A stretch of 64,000 nt of DNA from Candidatus Eiseniibacteriota bacterium (GTDB taxonomy: Bacteria; Eisenbacteria; RBG-16-71-46): contig CAVZLN010000006.1 of the NCBI GenBank assembly GCA_963776245.1, positions 320,001 through 384,000 on the forward strand, given 5' to 3'. The first letter of the stretch is position 1. Each line of letters begins with the position of its first letter. Made by a program: the position numbers and the translations under genes. The notes under the pieces are model-generated. The model was not told the origin of the DNA. It saw nothing but the letters and a program-made list of their open reading frames with translations, and did no database searches. Below, piece by piece: positions 43,385 through 53,036 of the stretch.

Positions 43385-44532
43385 CGCCAGCCCCGCGCCG
43401 GCTTCAGTCCGTCGATCAGCCCGGTGGTCGCGTCCGCGAGCGCGTCCCACGAGTGCGCCCGGCGCAGGCGCTCGACGTTCGTCCGCATCACCGCCGCCAT
43501 CCCGCGCGCGAAGTAGTGCGACAGCGCGTCGGCGAGCGCCGCCGGGTCCTCGGGCGGGGTCACCAGGCCGGTCTCGCCGTGCTGCACGGTCTCGGCGAGC
43601 CCGCCGACGTCGGTGATGATCACCGGCACGCCGAGCGCGTACGCGACGTGGGTGACGCCGCTCTGGGTGGCGGAGCGGTAGGGCAGCACGACCACGTCGG
43701 CGGCCTTGAACAGCGCCTCGACCTCGTCGTCGGGGGCGTACCGCAGGCGCATCTGGACGGCGGGCCCGCCGCCCGCGGCCGCGGCCAGCGCGAGGTAGGG
43801 TGCTGAGTCCTCGTAGGCCTCGCCGGCCACCACCAGCACGGCCCCCGGCCGGCGTTCGCGCACCGTGCGCCACGCCTCGAGCAGGATGTCGAGCCCCTTG
43901 TAGTGCCGCACGTAACCGAAGAACAGCGCCACCTCGGCGTCGGGTGCCAGGCCGAGCGCGGCGCGTGCCGAAGCGCGGTCGTGGCGCCCGTGGTCGAACT
44001 GGGCGTAGAGCGGATGCGCCACGCGGCGCCGCGGCGCCCCCGGCTTGAGCGCCTCGAGGTCGCGCTCGACGCTCTCCGACATCACCAGGTAGCCGTCGGA
44101 GTTGCGCAGCATCCAGCGCGTGAACGCGGCGTCGAACGGGCGCTTCTCGTGGGGCACGAGGTTGTCGCACACCAGGATCACGCGCGTGCCGCGGCGCCGC
44201 AGCGGCCCCACCGAGGACGCGAACGACGGCGCGAAGAACGGCATCCACCACTTCAGGATCACCGCCCCCGGCGCGAAGCGTTCGAGATGCGCGGCGGTGC
44301 GCCGCCAGCTCCACGGTCCGATCGAGTCGAGCAGCGCCTCGACCGGGAAGCGCGGTCGCGCGGCCTGCGGATCGAGCTGGGTCTCGCCCGGGAACAGGAA
44401 CCCCGGATACTGGCGCGTGAAGGTCACGCCGCGCACCTCGGCCCGGCTCATGAGCGACTCGCCGAGCAGCGCGAGGTACTGCGCCAGCCCGCCCCGCCAC
44501 GGGGCCACCGGTCCGACCAGGGCGATCCGCAT
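43381..44532 (-). CDS. GT4 glycosyltransferase
   Basis: 'GPVAPWRGGLAQY', 'NLVPHE', 'FFGYVRHYKG', 'LPYRSATQSGV', 'TDVGGL'. Confidence 0.9.
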   Translation of the reverse strand: MRIALVGPVAPWRGGLAQYLALLGESLMSRAEVRGVTFTRQYPGFLFPGETQLDPQAARPRFPVEALLDSIGPWSWRRTAAHLERFAPGAVILKWWMPFFAPSFASSVGPLRRRGTRVILVCDNLVPHEKRPFDAAFTRWMLRNSDGYLVMSESVERDLEALKPGAPRRRVAHPLYAQFDHGRHDRASARAALGLAPDAEVALFFGYVRHYKGLDILLEAWRTVRERRPGAVLVVAGEAYEDSAPYLALAAAAGGGPAVQMRLRYAPDDEVEALFKAADVVVLPYRSATQSGVTHVAYALGVPVIITDVGGLAETVQHGETGLVTPPEDPAALADALSHYFARGMAAVMRTNVERLRRAHSWDALADATTGLIDGLKPARGWR

Positions 44533-44549
44533 GCGCGGAAGCACGGGCC

Positions 44550-45575
44550 TCAGCGCGAGGCCGACGACCAGGTGTGGAGGCCGCGGCGCTCGAACTGGAA
44601 CGGCACGACCTGGCCGCCGTGCTTCTCGAGCAGCTCGGCGACGCGGTGCTTGCGGTCGAAGCGCGTGAGCAGGAGGAAGTAGCCCCCGCCGCCGGCGCCC
44701 GGCATCTTGCCGCCGATCGCGCCGGCGCGGCGCGCGAGCCGGTAGAGGTTGTCGATGCGGCTGTTCGAGATGCTCTCGTCGAGCTGCTTCTTGTGCTCCC
44801 AGGCCTGGTGGAGCAGTTCGCCCACGCCGTCCACGTCGCCGAGCAGCAGCGCCTGCTTCATGTCGAGGGTCTGGCGCTTCAGCTCGTGCAGCGCCTCGAC
44901 CACGCGCGGCTGGCCGGAGCGGTAGGACGCGGTCTGCCGCTCGATGATGTGCGCCCCCTCGCGGGTCTGGCCCATGTAGCAGAGCAGCAGTCGGTACTCG
45001 AGCTCGTTGAGCACGTCGGGGCGGATGCGGAGCGGGTTGACCACGGTGGTCGCGCCGAGGAACTCGATGAAGTTGAAGCCGCCGAACGCCGCCGCGTACT
45101 GGTCCTGCCGTCCGCCGGCGAGCTTCATGTCGACGCGCTCGATGCGGTACGCGGCCTCCGCCGCCTCGTAGCCCGACATCGGGTGCTTGAGCCACTCGGA
45201 CAGCACGCCGAGGAGCGCGACCACCAGGGTGGACGAGGAACCCAGGCCGGATCCCGGCGGGGCGTCGGAGTGCACCCAGAGGTCGAGCCCGCGGCGCACC
45301 TTCATCGCCTTCACCACCGCCTTGAGCAGGTCCAGCTTGCCGTCGAAGCGCATGCGCGACAGGTGGTCGTAGCGCGCCACGACGTCGTAGTCGAGGCTCG
45401 CGAGCATCAGCCGCGCGTCGCGACGCGGGCGCAGCGAGGCGTAGGCGTACTGGTTGATGGTGGCCGACAGCACCATGCCGCCGTGCTCCTCCGGGTACGG
45501 CGAGACGTCGGTGCCGCCGCCGCAGAACGACAGCCGCAGCGGAGCGCGCGCGCGGAAATACACCCGGCCTTTCAC
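44550..45575 (-). CDS. hddA: GHMP kinase, D-glycero-alpha-D-manno-heptose-7-phosphate kinase-like
   Basis: 'RAPLRLSFCGGGTDV', 'PPGSGLGSSS', 'GRQDQYAAAFGGFN', 'GAGGGG'. Confidence 0.82.
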   Translation of the reverse strand: MKGRVYFRARAPLRLSFCGGGTDVSPYPEEHGGMVLSATINQYAYASLRPRRDARLMLASLDYDVVARYDHLSRMRFDGKLDLLKAVVKAMKVRRGLDLWVHSDAPPGSGLGSSSTLVVALLGVLSEWLKHPMSGYEAAEAAYRIERVDMKLAGGRQDQYAAAFGGFNFIEFLGATTVVNPLRIRPDVLNELEYRLLLCYMGQTREGAHIIERQTASYRSGQPRVVEALHELKRQTLDMKQALLLGDVDGVGELLHQAWEHKKQLDESISNSRIDNLYRLARRAGAIGGKMPGAGGGGYFLLLTRFDRKHRVAELLEKHGGQVVPFQFERRGLHTWSSASR

Positions 45576-46264
45576 GATGCGAACCTCCGCTCGGCCCGCG
45601 CCCACTCCTCGGGGGTGCCGATGTCGTAGAACTCCCCTGCGGTCTCGATCCCGATGAGCCGGCCCGCGGCGGCGAGCGCCGGCAGCACGTCGCGCTCGAG
45701 CGACGACACGCCCGCCGGCAGCCGCCGCCAGAACTCGGGCGAGAACGCGTAGAGACCGCCGTTCACCCACGCCGGGCCGCGGAAGGCGGGGTCCTTCTCG
45801 ACGAAGCGCGCGACCGACCGGGCCGCGCCGAGCTCGACGCGGCCGCGACTGGCCGCGTCCTCGACGCGGTAGAGCGCCACCGCCCCGAGCGCGCCCAGCT
45901 CCCAGCGCGCGCGCTCGAGCTCCCACGGGTCGCACTCGAGCAGGGTGTCGCCGTTGAGCACCAGCGCCGGGCCGTCGAGGTGCGCCTGGGCGTGCTTCAG
46001 CGCCCCCCCGGTGCCGAGCGGCTCGGGCTCGATCGAGTACGTCACGCGCACCCCCAGCCGGGAGCCGTCGCCGACCGCCTCCTCGATGGCCGCGGCGCCG
46101 TAGCCCGCGCACAGCACGACCTCCCGCACGCCGTGGGTGGCGAGCCAGCGCAGCGGCCGCTCGAGGAACGGGCGGCCGCCCACCGGGGCCAGCGGCTTGG
46201 GCAGTTCGCCGAAGCGCGGCCGCAGCCGCGTGCCGAGGCCGCCCGCGAGCACGAACGCCTTCAT
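45572..46264 (-). CDS. hddC: Sugar-1-phosphate nucleotidyltransferase (HddC-like)
   Basis: 'LAGGLGTRL', 'PKPLAPVGGRPFL', 'EPLGTGGA', 'LNGDT', 'FYDIGTPE'; short, no beta-helix, coupled to hddA. Confidence 0.72.
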   Translation of the reverse strand: MKAFVLAGGLGTRLRPRFGELPKPLAPVGGRPFLERPLRWLATHGVREVVLCAGYGAAAIEEAVGDGSRLGVRVTYSIEPEPLGTGGALKHAQAHLDGPALVLNGDTLLECDPWELERARWELGALGAVALYRVEDAASRGRVELGAARSVARFVEKDPAFRGPAWVNGGLYAFSPEFWRRLPAGVSSLERDVLPALAAAGRLIGIETAGEFYDIGTPEEWARAERRFAS

Positions 46265-47208
46265 GCGTCCCCGTCGGGGCCGAAGGTGCGCCGCAGCGGA
46301 TAGTCGTCGCGCGCGCGCATGTTCGCGATCATCTCGCCCAGCAGGCCCATGAGGATGAACTGGATGCCGAGCAGCACCAGTCCGGCGCCGAACAGCATCA
46401 GGGGCCGCACGCGCATCGGCGCCCCGCCGGTCCACTGCGCCACGAACCACAGGCCGATGAGGCCGCCGCCGGCCAGGAACAGCAGCCCGATGCGCCCGAA
46501 GACGTGCAGCGGCTTGAGCACCGAGGTCGAGATGAACGCCGCGGAGAGCAGGTCGAGGAACCCGTTGACGAAGCGCGCGGCGCCGAACTTGCTCTGCCCG
46601 AAGCGGCGCGCGCGGTGGCGCACCGGCACCTCGCCGACGCGGAAGCCGCGCCAGTGCGCGAGCGCGGGCATGAAGCGATGGAGCTCGCCGTAGACCTCGA
46701 TCGCGTCCACCACCTCGCGGCGGTAGAGCTTGAAGCCGCAGTTGAAGTCGTGCAGCCGCACGCCCGCGACCAGCGAGGTGACGGCGTTGAAGAGCCGCGA
46801 CGGCATCGTCTTGGTGATCGGGTCCTGGCGCTTCTGCTTCCAGCCCGACACCAGGTCGAGCCCGCCTTCGAGCGCCGCCACCATCCCCGGCAGCTCGGCC
46901 GGGTCGTCCTGGAGGTCGGCGTCGATGGTCACGATCCACTCCCCGCGCGCGCGCTTGAAGCCGGTGGCGAGCGCCGCGGACTTGCCGAAGTTGCGCCGCA
47001 GCACCGCGCCCCGCACCCGCGGATCGGCGGCGGCCAGCGCCGCGATGGCCTGGTCGGTGCCGTCGCGCGAGCCGTCGTCCACGTACACGATCTCCCACGG
47101 CCGGCCGAGGCCGTCGAGCGCCGCGACGAGCTCGCGGTTCAGCTCCGGCAGGCTCTCCGCCTCGTTGAAAGCGGGCACCACGACCGAGAGGAACGGCGCC
47201 GCGCTCAT
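46261..47208 (-). CDS. Polyprenol-phosphate glycosyltransferase, GT2 (ArnC/GtrB-like) with C-terminal TM helices
   Basis: 'VVVPAFNE', 'RRNFGKSAAL', 'DADLQDDP', 'HDFNCGFKLY', 'GELHRF'. Confidence 0.88.
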   Translation of the reverse strand: MSAAPFLSVVVPAFNEAESLPELNRELVAALDGLGRPWEIVYVDDGSRDGTDQAIAALAAADPRVRGAVLRRNFGKSAALATGFKRARGEWIVTIDADLQDDPAELPGMVAALEGGLDLVSGWKQKRQDPITKTMPSRLFNAVTSLVAGVRLHDFNCGFKLYRREVVDAIEVYGELHRFMPALAHWRGFRVGEVPVRHRARRFGQSKFGAARFVNGFLDLLSAAFISTSVLKPLHVFGRIGLLFLAGGGLIGLWFVAQWTGGAPMRVRPLMLFGAGLVLLGIQFILMGLLGEMIANMRARDDYPLRRTFGPDGDA

Positions 47209-48164
47209 ACCCGCGCCCCGCCGTAGAGCGTGCGCGCCCACGCGGCCTGGGCGGCGAGCCCGGCCGCGATGTCCACGCGCGTGGCGTACCCGAGATCGGC
47301 CTTCAAGCGCGAGGCGTCGGCGCGGGTGCGCAGCGGATCGCCGGGCGGGCGCGGCTCGAACTGCAGCCGCGCTTTGGTGCCGAGCGCCGCCTCGAGCAGG
47401 CGGATGGCCTCGAGCACCGTGACCTGGGAGCCGCCGCCGACGTTGTACACGCCCTGGGGCGCGCTCCGCTCCCACGCCAGCAGGTTGGCCTCGACGGCGT
47501 CGTCGACGAAGGTGAAGTCGCGCGACTGCTGGCCGTCGCCGTACACCGTGATGGGCTGGCCGCCCAGCATCGCCTGGCAGAAGCGATGGAACGCCATGTC
47601 GGGCCGCTGGCGGGGGCCGTACACGGTGAAGTAGCGCAGCGCGGCGACCGGGAGCCCGAAATTGCGCCCGTAGAGCAGGGCCAGGTGTTCGCCCGCGAGC
47701 TTGGTGACGCCGTAGGGCGAGAACGGGCGTGGGAGCATCCCCTCGTCGGTCGGGTAGCGCTCGGCGTCGCCGTAGACCGAGGACGAGGACGCGTACACGA
47801 AGCGCTCGAGGCCGGCCGTCCGGTAGCGCTCGAGCAGGCGCTGGGTGGCGAGCACGTTGTGATGGGTGTAGGCCGCGAAGTCGGCGCCCCATGAAGCGCG
47901 CACCCCCGCCTGAGCCGCCTGATGGAACACCACGTCCACCTCGGGCAGCGCGGCCAGGTCCGCCGCGCCGAGGTCGAGCGCGAGCAGCGTGAAGCCCGGG
48001 TGGGCCTGCGCGCGCTCGAGGTTCTTCCGTTTCAGCGCCGGGTCGTAGTAGTCCGTGAAGCAGTCCACGCCCGTCACCGTCATGCCCCGCTCGAGCAGGC
48101 GCTCGACGAGGGTCGAGCCGATGAATCCGGCGGCCCCCGTCACCAGCGCGCGCGTCCCGGCCAT
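47205..48164 (-). CDS. NAD-dependent sugar epimerase/dehydratase (UDP-glucuronate/glucose 4-epimerase-like)
   Basis: 'VTGAAGFIGS', 'ASSSSVYG', YxxxK 'YGVTK', 'YFTVYGPRQRPDMA'. Confidence 0.92.
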   Translation of the reverse strand: MAGTRALVTGAAGFIGSTLVERLLERGMTVTGVDCFTDYYDPALKRKNLERAQAHPGFTLLALDLGAADLAALPEVDVVFHQAAQAGVRASWGADFAAYTHHNVLATQRLLERYRTAGLERFVYASSSSVYGDAERYPTDEGMLPRPFSPYGVTKLAGEHLALLYGRNFGLPVAALRYFTVYGPRQRPDMAFHRFCQAMLGGQPITVYGDGQQSRDFTFVDDAVEANLLAWERSAPQGVYNVGGGSQVTVLEAIRLLEAALGTKARLQFEPRPPGDPLRTRADASRLKADLGYATRVDIAAGLAAQAAWARTLYGGARV

Positions 48165-48178
48165 GCGACCTCCCGCGG

Positions 48179-50908
48179 TTACGGCGTTCCCTGTGGCGTG
48201 AGCGGGCGCGGCATCACCAGCCCGGTCCCCGGCGCCGTGCCGCCGAGGGCAGCCCGGCGCGTCTCGAAGAGCTGGCGCGCCTTCCCGTCCTCGGGGTGGC
48301 GGTCGAGCCAGCGCTCGAGATAGCCCAGCGACTGTTCGCGGCGCCCCGCGTCCCACAACATGGTGTGCGCCGCCAGGTAGGCCACGTTGAGGTCCGGCTG
48401 GAGCTGGATCGCGCGGTCGAACGCCCGCGCCGACGGATCGATCTGTCCGCGGTACATCAGCGTCATCGCGAGGTAGTACTGCGTCTCGGGATCGTTCGGG
48501 TTGCGCTGCGTCAGCATGGTGTAGAGCGCGAGCGCCCGGTTGGTGTCCCCGCGCTCGATGTAGAACGTGCCGAGCGGCAGGAGCACGTCGGTGAAGGTCG
48601 GGAACATGCGCGAGACGCGCTCGAACTCGGCGATCGCCACGTCGAGACGGCCCTGCCGGTGCGCGAGGAGCCCCAGATTGATGTGGGCGGCGGCGTAATT
48701 GCGCGACAGGGTCTCGGAGTTCTCGTCCTTGTACACCGAGGTGTCCCACGTCCCGTCGGCCTTGAACAGCCCCCGGTACTTGAAGACCTCGTAGAGCGAC
48801 CTGCGCGTCACCGCTTCGTCGACCTCGGGTCCGAGGGTGTCGCGATTGACGCGGTACACCAGCCCCTCGAGCGTGAATTGCGGGTCGTAGCCGACGTGCT
48901 CCGGCACCGTGACCGCGAAGTACGGCTGGCGGACCCAGCCGCCGTCCGGCCGCCGGCTGTTCTCGATCAGGCGGTGGGCCATGAATTCATTGGTGTAGAC
49001 CGGCTTGAATCCCCCGCGCCCGTCGGGCAGCAGCACGATGCCGTCCGGACTGAGGCCTCCGCCCTGCGCGAGATAGGGCTTCATCAGCGAGTCGGCGAAC
49101 GCCTTGGAGACGCCGCCGGGGAGGCGGAGCACGCCCTCTCCCAGCCCGTTGACGATCATGTGGTCGTCGAGGTCGACCGGGAGCTTCGGGTCCAGGTCGC
49201 GCAGCTGGCGGATGTACCAGTCGGTGTTGAGCAGGCTCATGTTGACGACGCGCACGTCGCGGCGGAAGCCCTCGACCTCCTGGATGTACCAGAGCGGGAA
49301 CGTGTCGTTGTCGCCGTTGGTGAACATGAACGAGCCGGGCGCGAGCGGGGCCAGCATGTTATAGGCGTAGTCGCGCGCCACGTAGTTCCCGCGCCGGTCG
49401 TGCTCGTGCCAGAGCTGCTTCGCCAGCACCACGGGCTGCGCCAGCAGCAGCCCCGCGGTCGCCAGCGTCAGGTAGCGCCGGGACGGGGAGTCCTCCGCGA
49501 ACGCCTCGCGCACGAACATCAGCATCCACGCGCTCCCCACCCCGATCCAGAGCGCGAAGGCGTGATAGCCGCTCTGGAAGAAGTAGTCGCGGTCGCGAAC
49601 CTCGTGGTCGGTGAAGTTGAGGAACACGATCAGCCCCGCGGTGTTCAGTCCGAAGAACACGAACGCGGGCAGCCAGCGCCTTGGATCACGCCGCGCCTGC
49701 CACCCCGCGCCGATGAGGCCGAGCGAGAGCGCCACCACCGAGGCGAGCCCCTTGTTGTCGAACGGGAGCACCGGCCACTGGCGGCTGAAGTAGCGCCAGA
49801 ACTCCTTGCCGAGCTGGACATCGATCGGGGCGCGCCGCACGAACATGTTCATCTGCCCGTACTGCTTGCGCTCGAGCAGGTCGCGCAGGCTGGTCCAGGT
49901 GGACGGGTCGCCCTCGTTGATCGCCGGGTGCTGGGCGGCCCGGATCGGCAGATAGAGGTGCGTCGAGTATCCGATCACCATGAGCAGCAGCGCGAGGCCG
50001 AGGATGCGGCCTTCCTTGTGCTTGCCCGCCAGCAGCGCCAGCGGGACCGCGATCGAGAGCGCCGAGATCGTGCCGGAGACCAGGTCGAACGACTTGTCGC
50101 CGAACGCGATGCTCATGCCCCACAGCGCGGGCACCGCGCACGCGAGCACCACCATGCCGTTGATCTTCTTCTGGGACGCGAACCAGAAGAAGGTCACGGT
50201 CGACAGGGCGATCACCCCGCCCGCCATGCGCTCGAGGCCGGCCGTGCACAACAGCACGGCGAGGAACGGCATCAGGAACAGCAGCGCGCTGCGGCGGTCC
50301 GCGATCGCCACCATCGCGAGCAGCGGTAGCCCCATGACGCCGACGCCGAGGTGGAGCCCCACCGACAGCCACATCACGTACACCGCCACCAGCAGCAGGC
50401 CCACCGAGGGCTTCTTCTCGTGCTCGTCCCACCAGCGCAGCCCCAGCCACAGCACCAGGATCTGCGCCAGGCTCATCATCTGGTAGACCTCGGCCTCGAC
50501 CGAGTTCTCCCAGTACGCGTCCGAGAACGCGAGCATGAGCGCGCCCGCGACGGCGCCGACGTGCGCCATCCAGTCGGTCCCCGGTGTGAGGCGCTCGCGC
50601 ATCGCGCCGCGGATGAGGCGCAGGCCCACCAGGTAGGTGAGCATCACGGCGAGCGCCGAGGACAGGGCGCTCAGCGCGTTCACCCGCTGGGCCACGGTCG
50701 CCCATGGGATCATGGTGAAGATCCGGGCGATGAGCACGTAGGTCGGGGTGCCGGGCGGGTGCGGGATGCCGAGGATGCGCGAGACGGCGATGAACTCGCC
50801 GGCGTCCCAGAACGGGACGGTGGGCGTGAGCGTGATCAGGTAGACGGCCGCCGCGACGAGGAAGACCCCGAACGCGATGACCGCCGTGGTGCGCCTGCCC
50901 ATGTCCAT
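48179..50908 (-). CDS. DUF2723/TMEM260-family membrane protein with C-terminal TPRs (putative protein O-glycosyltransferase)
   Basis: 'TLTPTVPFWDAGEFIA...LGIPHPPGTP', 'VEAEVY', 'YLPIRA...INEGDP', 'RDRDYFF', 'FTNGDNDTFPLWY', TPR tail. Confidence 0.88.
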   Translation of the reverse strand: MDMGRRTTAVIAFGVFLVAAAVYLITLTPTVPFWDAGEFIAVSRILGIPHPPGTPTYVLIARIFTMIPWATVAQRVNALSALSSALAVMLTYLVGLRLIRGAMRERLTPGTDWMAHVGAVAGALMLAFSDAYWENSVEAEVYQMMSLAQILVLWLGLRWWDEHEKKPSVGLLLVAVYVMWLSVGLHLGVGVMGLPLLAMVAIADRRSALLFLMPFLAVLLCTAGLERMAGGVIALSTVTFFWFASQKKINGMVVLACAVPALWGMSIAFGDKSFDLVSGTISALSIAVPLALLAGKHKEGRILGLALLLMVIGYSTHLYLPIRAAQHPAINEGDPSTWTSLRDLLERKQYGQMNMFVRRAPIDVQLGKEFWRYFSRQWPVLPFDNKGLASVVALSLGLIGAGWQARRDPRRWLPAFVFFGLNTAGLIVFLNFTDHEVRDRDYFFQSGYHAFALWIGVGSAWMLMFVREAFAEDSPSRRYLTLATAGLLLAQPVVLAKQLWHEHDRRGNYVARDYAYNMLAPLAPGSFMFTNGDNDTFPLWYIQEVEGFRRDVRVVNMSLLNTDWYIRQLRDLDPKLPVDLDDHMIVNGLGEGVLRLPGGVSKAFADSLMKPYLAQGGGLSPDGIVLLPDGRGGFKPVYTNEFMAHRLIENSRRPDGGWVRQPYFAVTVPEHVGYDPQFTLEGLVYRVNRDTLGPEVDEAVTRRSLYEVFKYRGLFKADGTWDTSVYKDENSETLSRNYAAAHINLGLLAHRQGRLDVAIAEFERVSRMFPTFTDVLLPLGTFYIERGDTNRALALYTMLTQRNPNDPETQYYLAMTLMYRGQIDPSARAFDRAIQLQPDLNVAYLAAHTMLWDAGRREQSLGYLERWLDRHPEDGKARQLFETRRAALGGTAPGTGLVMPRPLTPQGTP

Positions 50909-51912
50909 CAGTCCGACCTCCGGGCTTGCCTGGCTTCCGTCCTCCGGCGCGGGATGCGGGCCACGAACACGAGCCCTCCGAGCAGGCTGACGGCGACGGC
51001 GACCAGATAAGTGGTGAACTGCAGCGAGAAGGCATGCGCACGGTCGACCCCGACCAGGCCGAACAGGACGATCCCCGCGCCCTCACGCACTCCGATGCCG
51101 TTCAACGAGATAGGCAGCGAGACTATCACCGCCAGGAGCGGCACGAAAAGGAAGAAGTAGGCCAATTCGACGTGAAGTCCCAGCGCGCGAGCCACCAGCA
51201 CGTGCACCCCGATGCGCGCGACCTGCACCACCGCCGCGAGACCGAGGAGGCTGGCGAAGAGCCCGCGCTCGCCACGGAACGCCTGCAGGCGCCCGGCCAC
51301 GTCGACGAGCTGGGGCTCGAGCGCGCCGAGCCCGATGCGCGACAGCAGCTGCCCCAGCGCCGGGAGCAGCGTCGGGTGGAACACCGCCCACACCAGCAGC
51401 ACCGAGGCCGCGAAGAACGCCACCACCATCAGGTACACCAGCGACAGGTGGAAGCGGTCGATCGCGGGCAGCGTGGTGACCAGCGCGAGGCCCGCGAGCG
51501 CCAGCGTGCCGATCAGGCGGTCCATGAGCACGGTCGAGACCGCGGCCGTCCGGGACCCCTCGCGCCGCGAGGCATCGAACACGCGGGCGATGTCCCCGCC
51601 GATGTTGGCGGGGAGGAAATTGTTGAAGAACAATCCCACGTGGTAGTAGGAGCACACCTTCCAGAACGGGATGCGGATGCCCACCGCGCGCAGCAGGCGC
51701 CCCCATTGCCACGAGCCGAGCACGTTCGAGAACACCAGCAGGGCGGCCGCGAGCGCCAGGCCCGCGAGGTCCGCGGTGCGCAGCGCGGCACCCAGGTCGT
51801 GGAGCGAGATGCGCTTCACGAAGAACGCCATCAGCCCGAGGCTGAGGACCACCTTGGCGCCCAGCAGCAGGACGGTCCTGGCCCCTGGACGCCCGCCGGG
51901 TTCCACGTTCAT
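50908..51912 (-). CDS. UPF0104/lysylphosphatidylglycerol-synthase-TM family flippase-like protein
   Basis: 'GLFFNNFLPANIGGD', 'MDRLIG', 'LPISLNGIGVREG'. Confidence 0.88.
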   Translation of the reverse strand: MNVEPGGRPGARTVLLLGAKVVLSLGLMAFFVKRISLHDLGAALRTADLAGLALAAALLVFSNVLGSWQWGRLLRAVGIRIPFWKVCSYYHVGLFFNNFLPANIGGDIARVFDASRREGSRTAAVSTVLMDRLIGTLALAGLALVTTLPAIDRFHLSLVYLMVVAFFAASVLLVWAVFHPTLLPALGQLLSRIGLGALEPQLVDVAGRLQAFRGERGLFASLLGLAAVVQVARIGVHVLVARALGLHVELAYFFLFVPLLAVIVSLPISLNGIGVREGAGIVLFGLVGVDRAHAFSLQFTTYLVAVAVSLLGGLVFVARIPRRRTEARQARRSD

Positions 51913-53036
51913 CGCGCGCCCTCCACCCCGGCGAGCATCGCGTCCAGCGAGCGGCTCGCGCAATCCGGCCAGGTGAAGCGCGTGGACCACGCCAGCCCGC
52001 CCACGCCCAGCGCGTCGCGCAGCTTCACGTCGCCGAGCACGCGCGCCAGCGCCCCGGCGAGCGCGGCGTCGTCGCCGAAGGGCACCAGCAGGCCGGTCTC
52101 GTCGCGACGCACCGAATCCCGCAGGCCGGGGCTGTCGGCCGCCACCACCGCGGTGCCGCACGCGCCGGCCTCGATCACGGTGAGCCCCCAGCCCTCCTTG
52201 GGGCTGGGCTGGACCAGGCACCAGCCGCGCTGCAGGCGGAGCACCTTCTCCGCCCGGGGCAGGAAGCCGCAGAACTCCACCGCGTCCGCGACCCCGAGAG
52301 CCTGGGCGGCGCGCTCGAGCTCCGGCCGCCACGGGCCGTCGCCGATGACCTCGAGGCGCGCGCCCGGCACCCGCTCGAGGACCCGCGGCAGCACGCGCAT
52401 CACCCAGTCGAGGCCCTTGTAGCGCCGCAGCCGGCCGATGAACACGATGCTCGGGCGCTCGGTCTTGCCCGCGCGCGGGTCGAACCGGTAGTGGTCGTGG
52501 TCGAGTCCGCAGTGCACCACGTCGACGCGCCCGGCGGCCACGCCGCGCGCGACCAGATCGTCGCGCGTGCTCTCCGAGATGGCCAGGAATCGCGAGCGGC
52601 GGTAGATCCCCGGGATGAGCCCTTCGAGCGCGAGCACGTAGAGCGCGACCGGAGCCGACGCCTCCTGGAACGCGGCGGTGCCGAACAGGTGGGGCACGAT
52701 CGCGGCGACCGGAGCGCCCGTCCACAGCGGCGTGAAGCAGGGCACCTTGTTGATGTCCTCGATCACCAGGTCGGGCCGCGGACTCGCGAACTCGCGGGCC
52801 AGCACCACCGGCACCACCCAGTTGAAGTTCCACCACGAACCGCGGCGCACCACCCGGATGCCGCGCCGCTCGGCCTCGGCCGCGCCGCCCGGGAAGCGGG
52901 TCGCGAGCCACGTCGCGCGGTGCCCGCGCCGGACCGCCTCGAGCAGGATCTCCTCGAGGTGGAGCTCCGCGCCCCCGGCCTCGGGATGCTCCGGGTCGCG
53001 GAAGTTGACCGCCAGCAGATGCAGCGGGCGGCTCAT
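51909..53036 (-). CDS. GT4 glycosyltransferase
   Basis: 'RDPEHPEAGGAE', 'GRLRRYKG', 'KEGWGLTVIEAGACG'. Confidence 0.9.
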   Translation of the reverse strand: MSRPLHLLAVNFRDPEHPEAGGAELHLEEILLEAVRRGHRATWLATRFPGGAAEAERRGIRVVRRGSWWNFNWVVPVVLAREFASPRPDLVIEDINKVPCFTPLWTGAPVAAIVPHLFGTAAFQEASAPVALYVLALEGLIPGIYRRSRFLAISESTRDDLVARGVAAGRVDVVHCGLDHDHYRFDPRAGKTERPSIVFIGRLRRYKGLDWVMRVLPRVLERVPGARLEVIGDGPWRPELERAAQALGVADAVEFCGFLPRAEKVLRLQRGWCLVQPSPKEGWGLTVIEAGACGTAVVAADSPGLRDSVRRDETGLLVPFGDDAALAGALARVLGDVKLRDALGVGGLAWSTRFTWPDCASRSLDAMLAGVEGAR

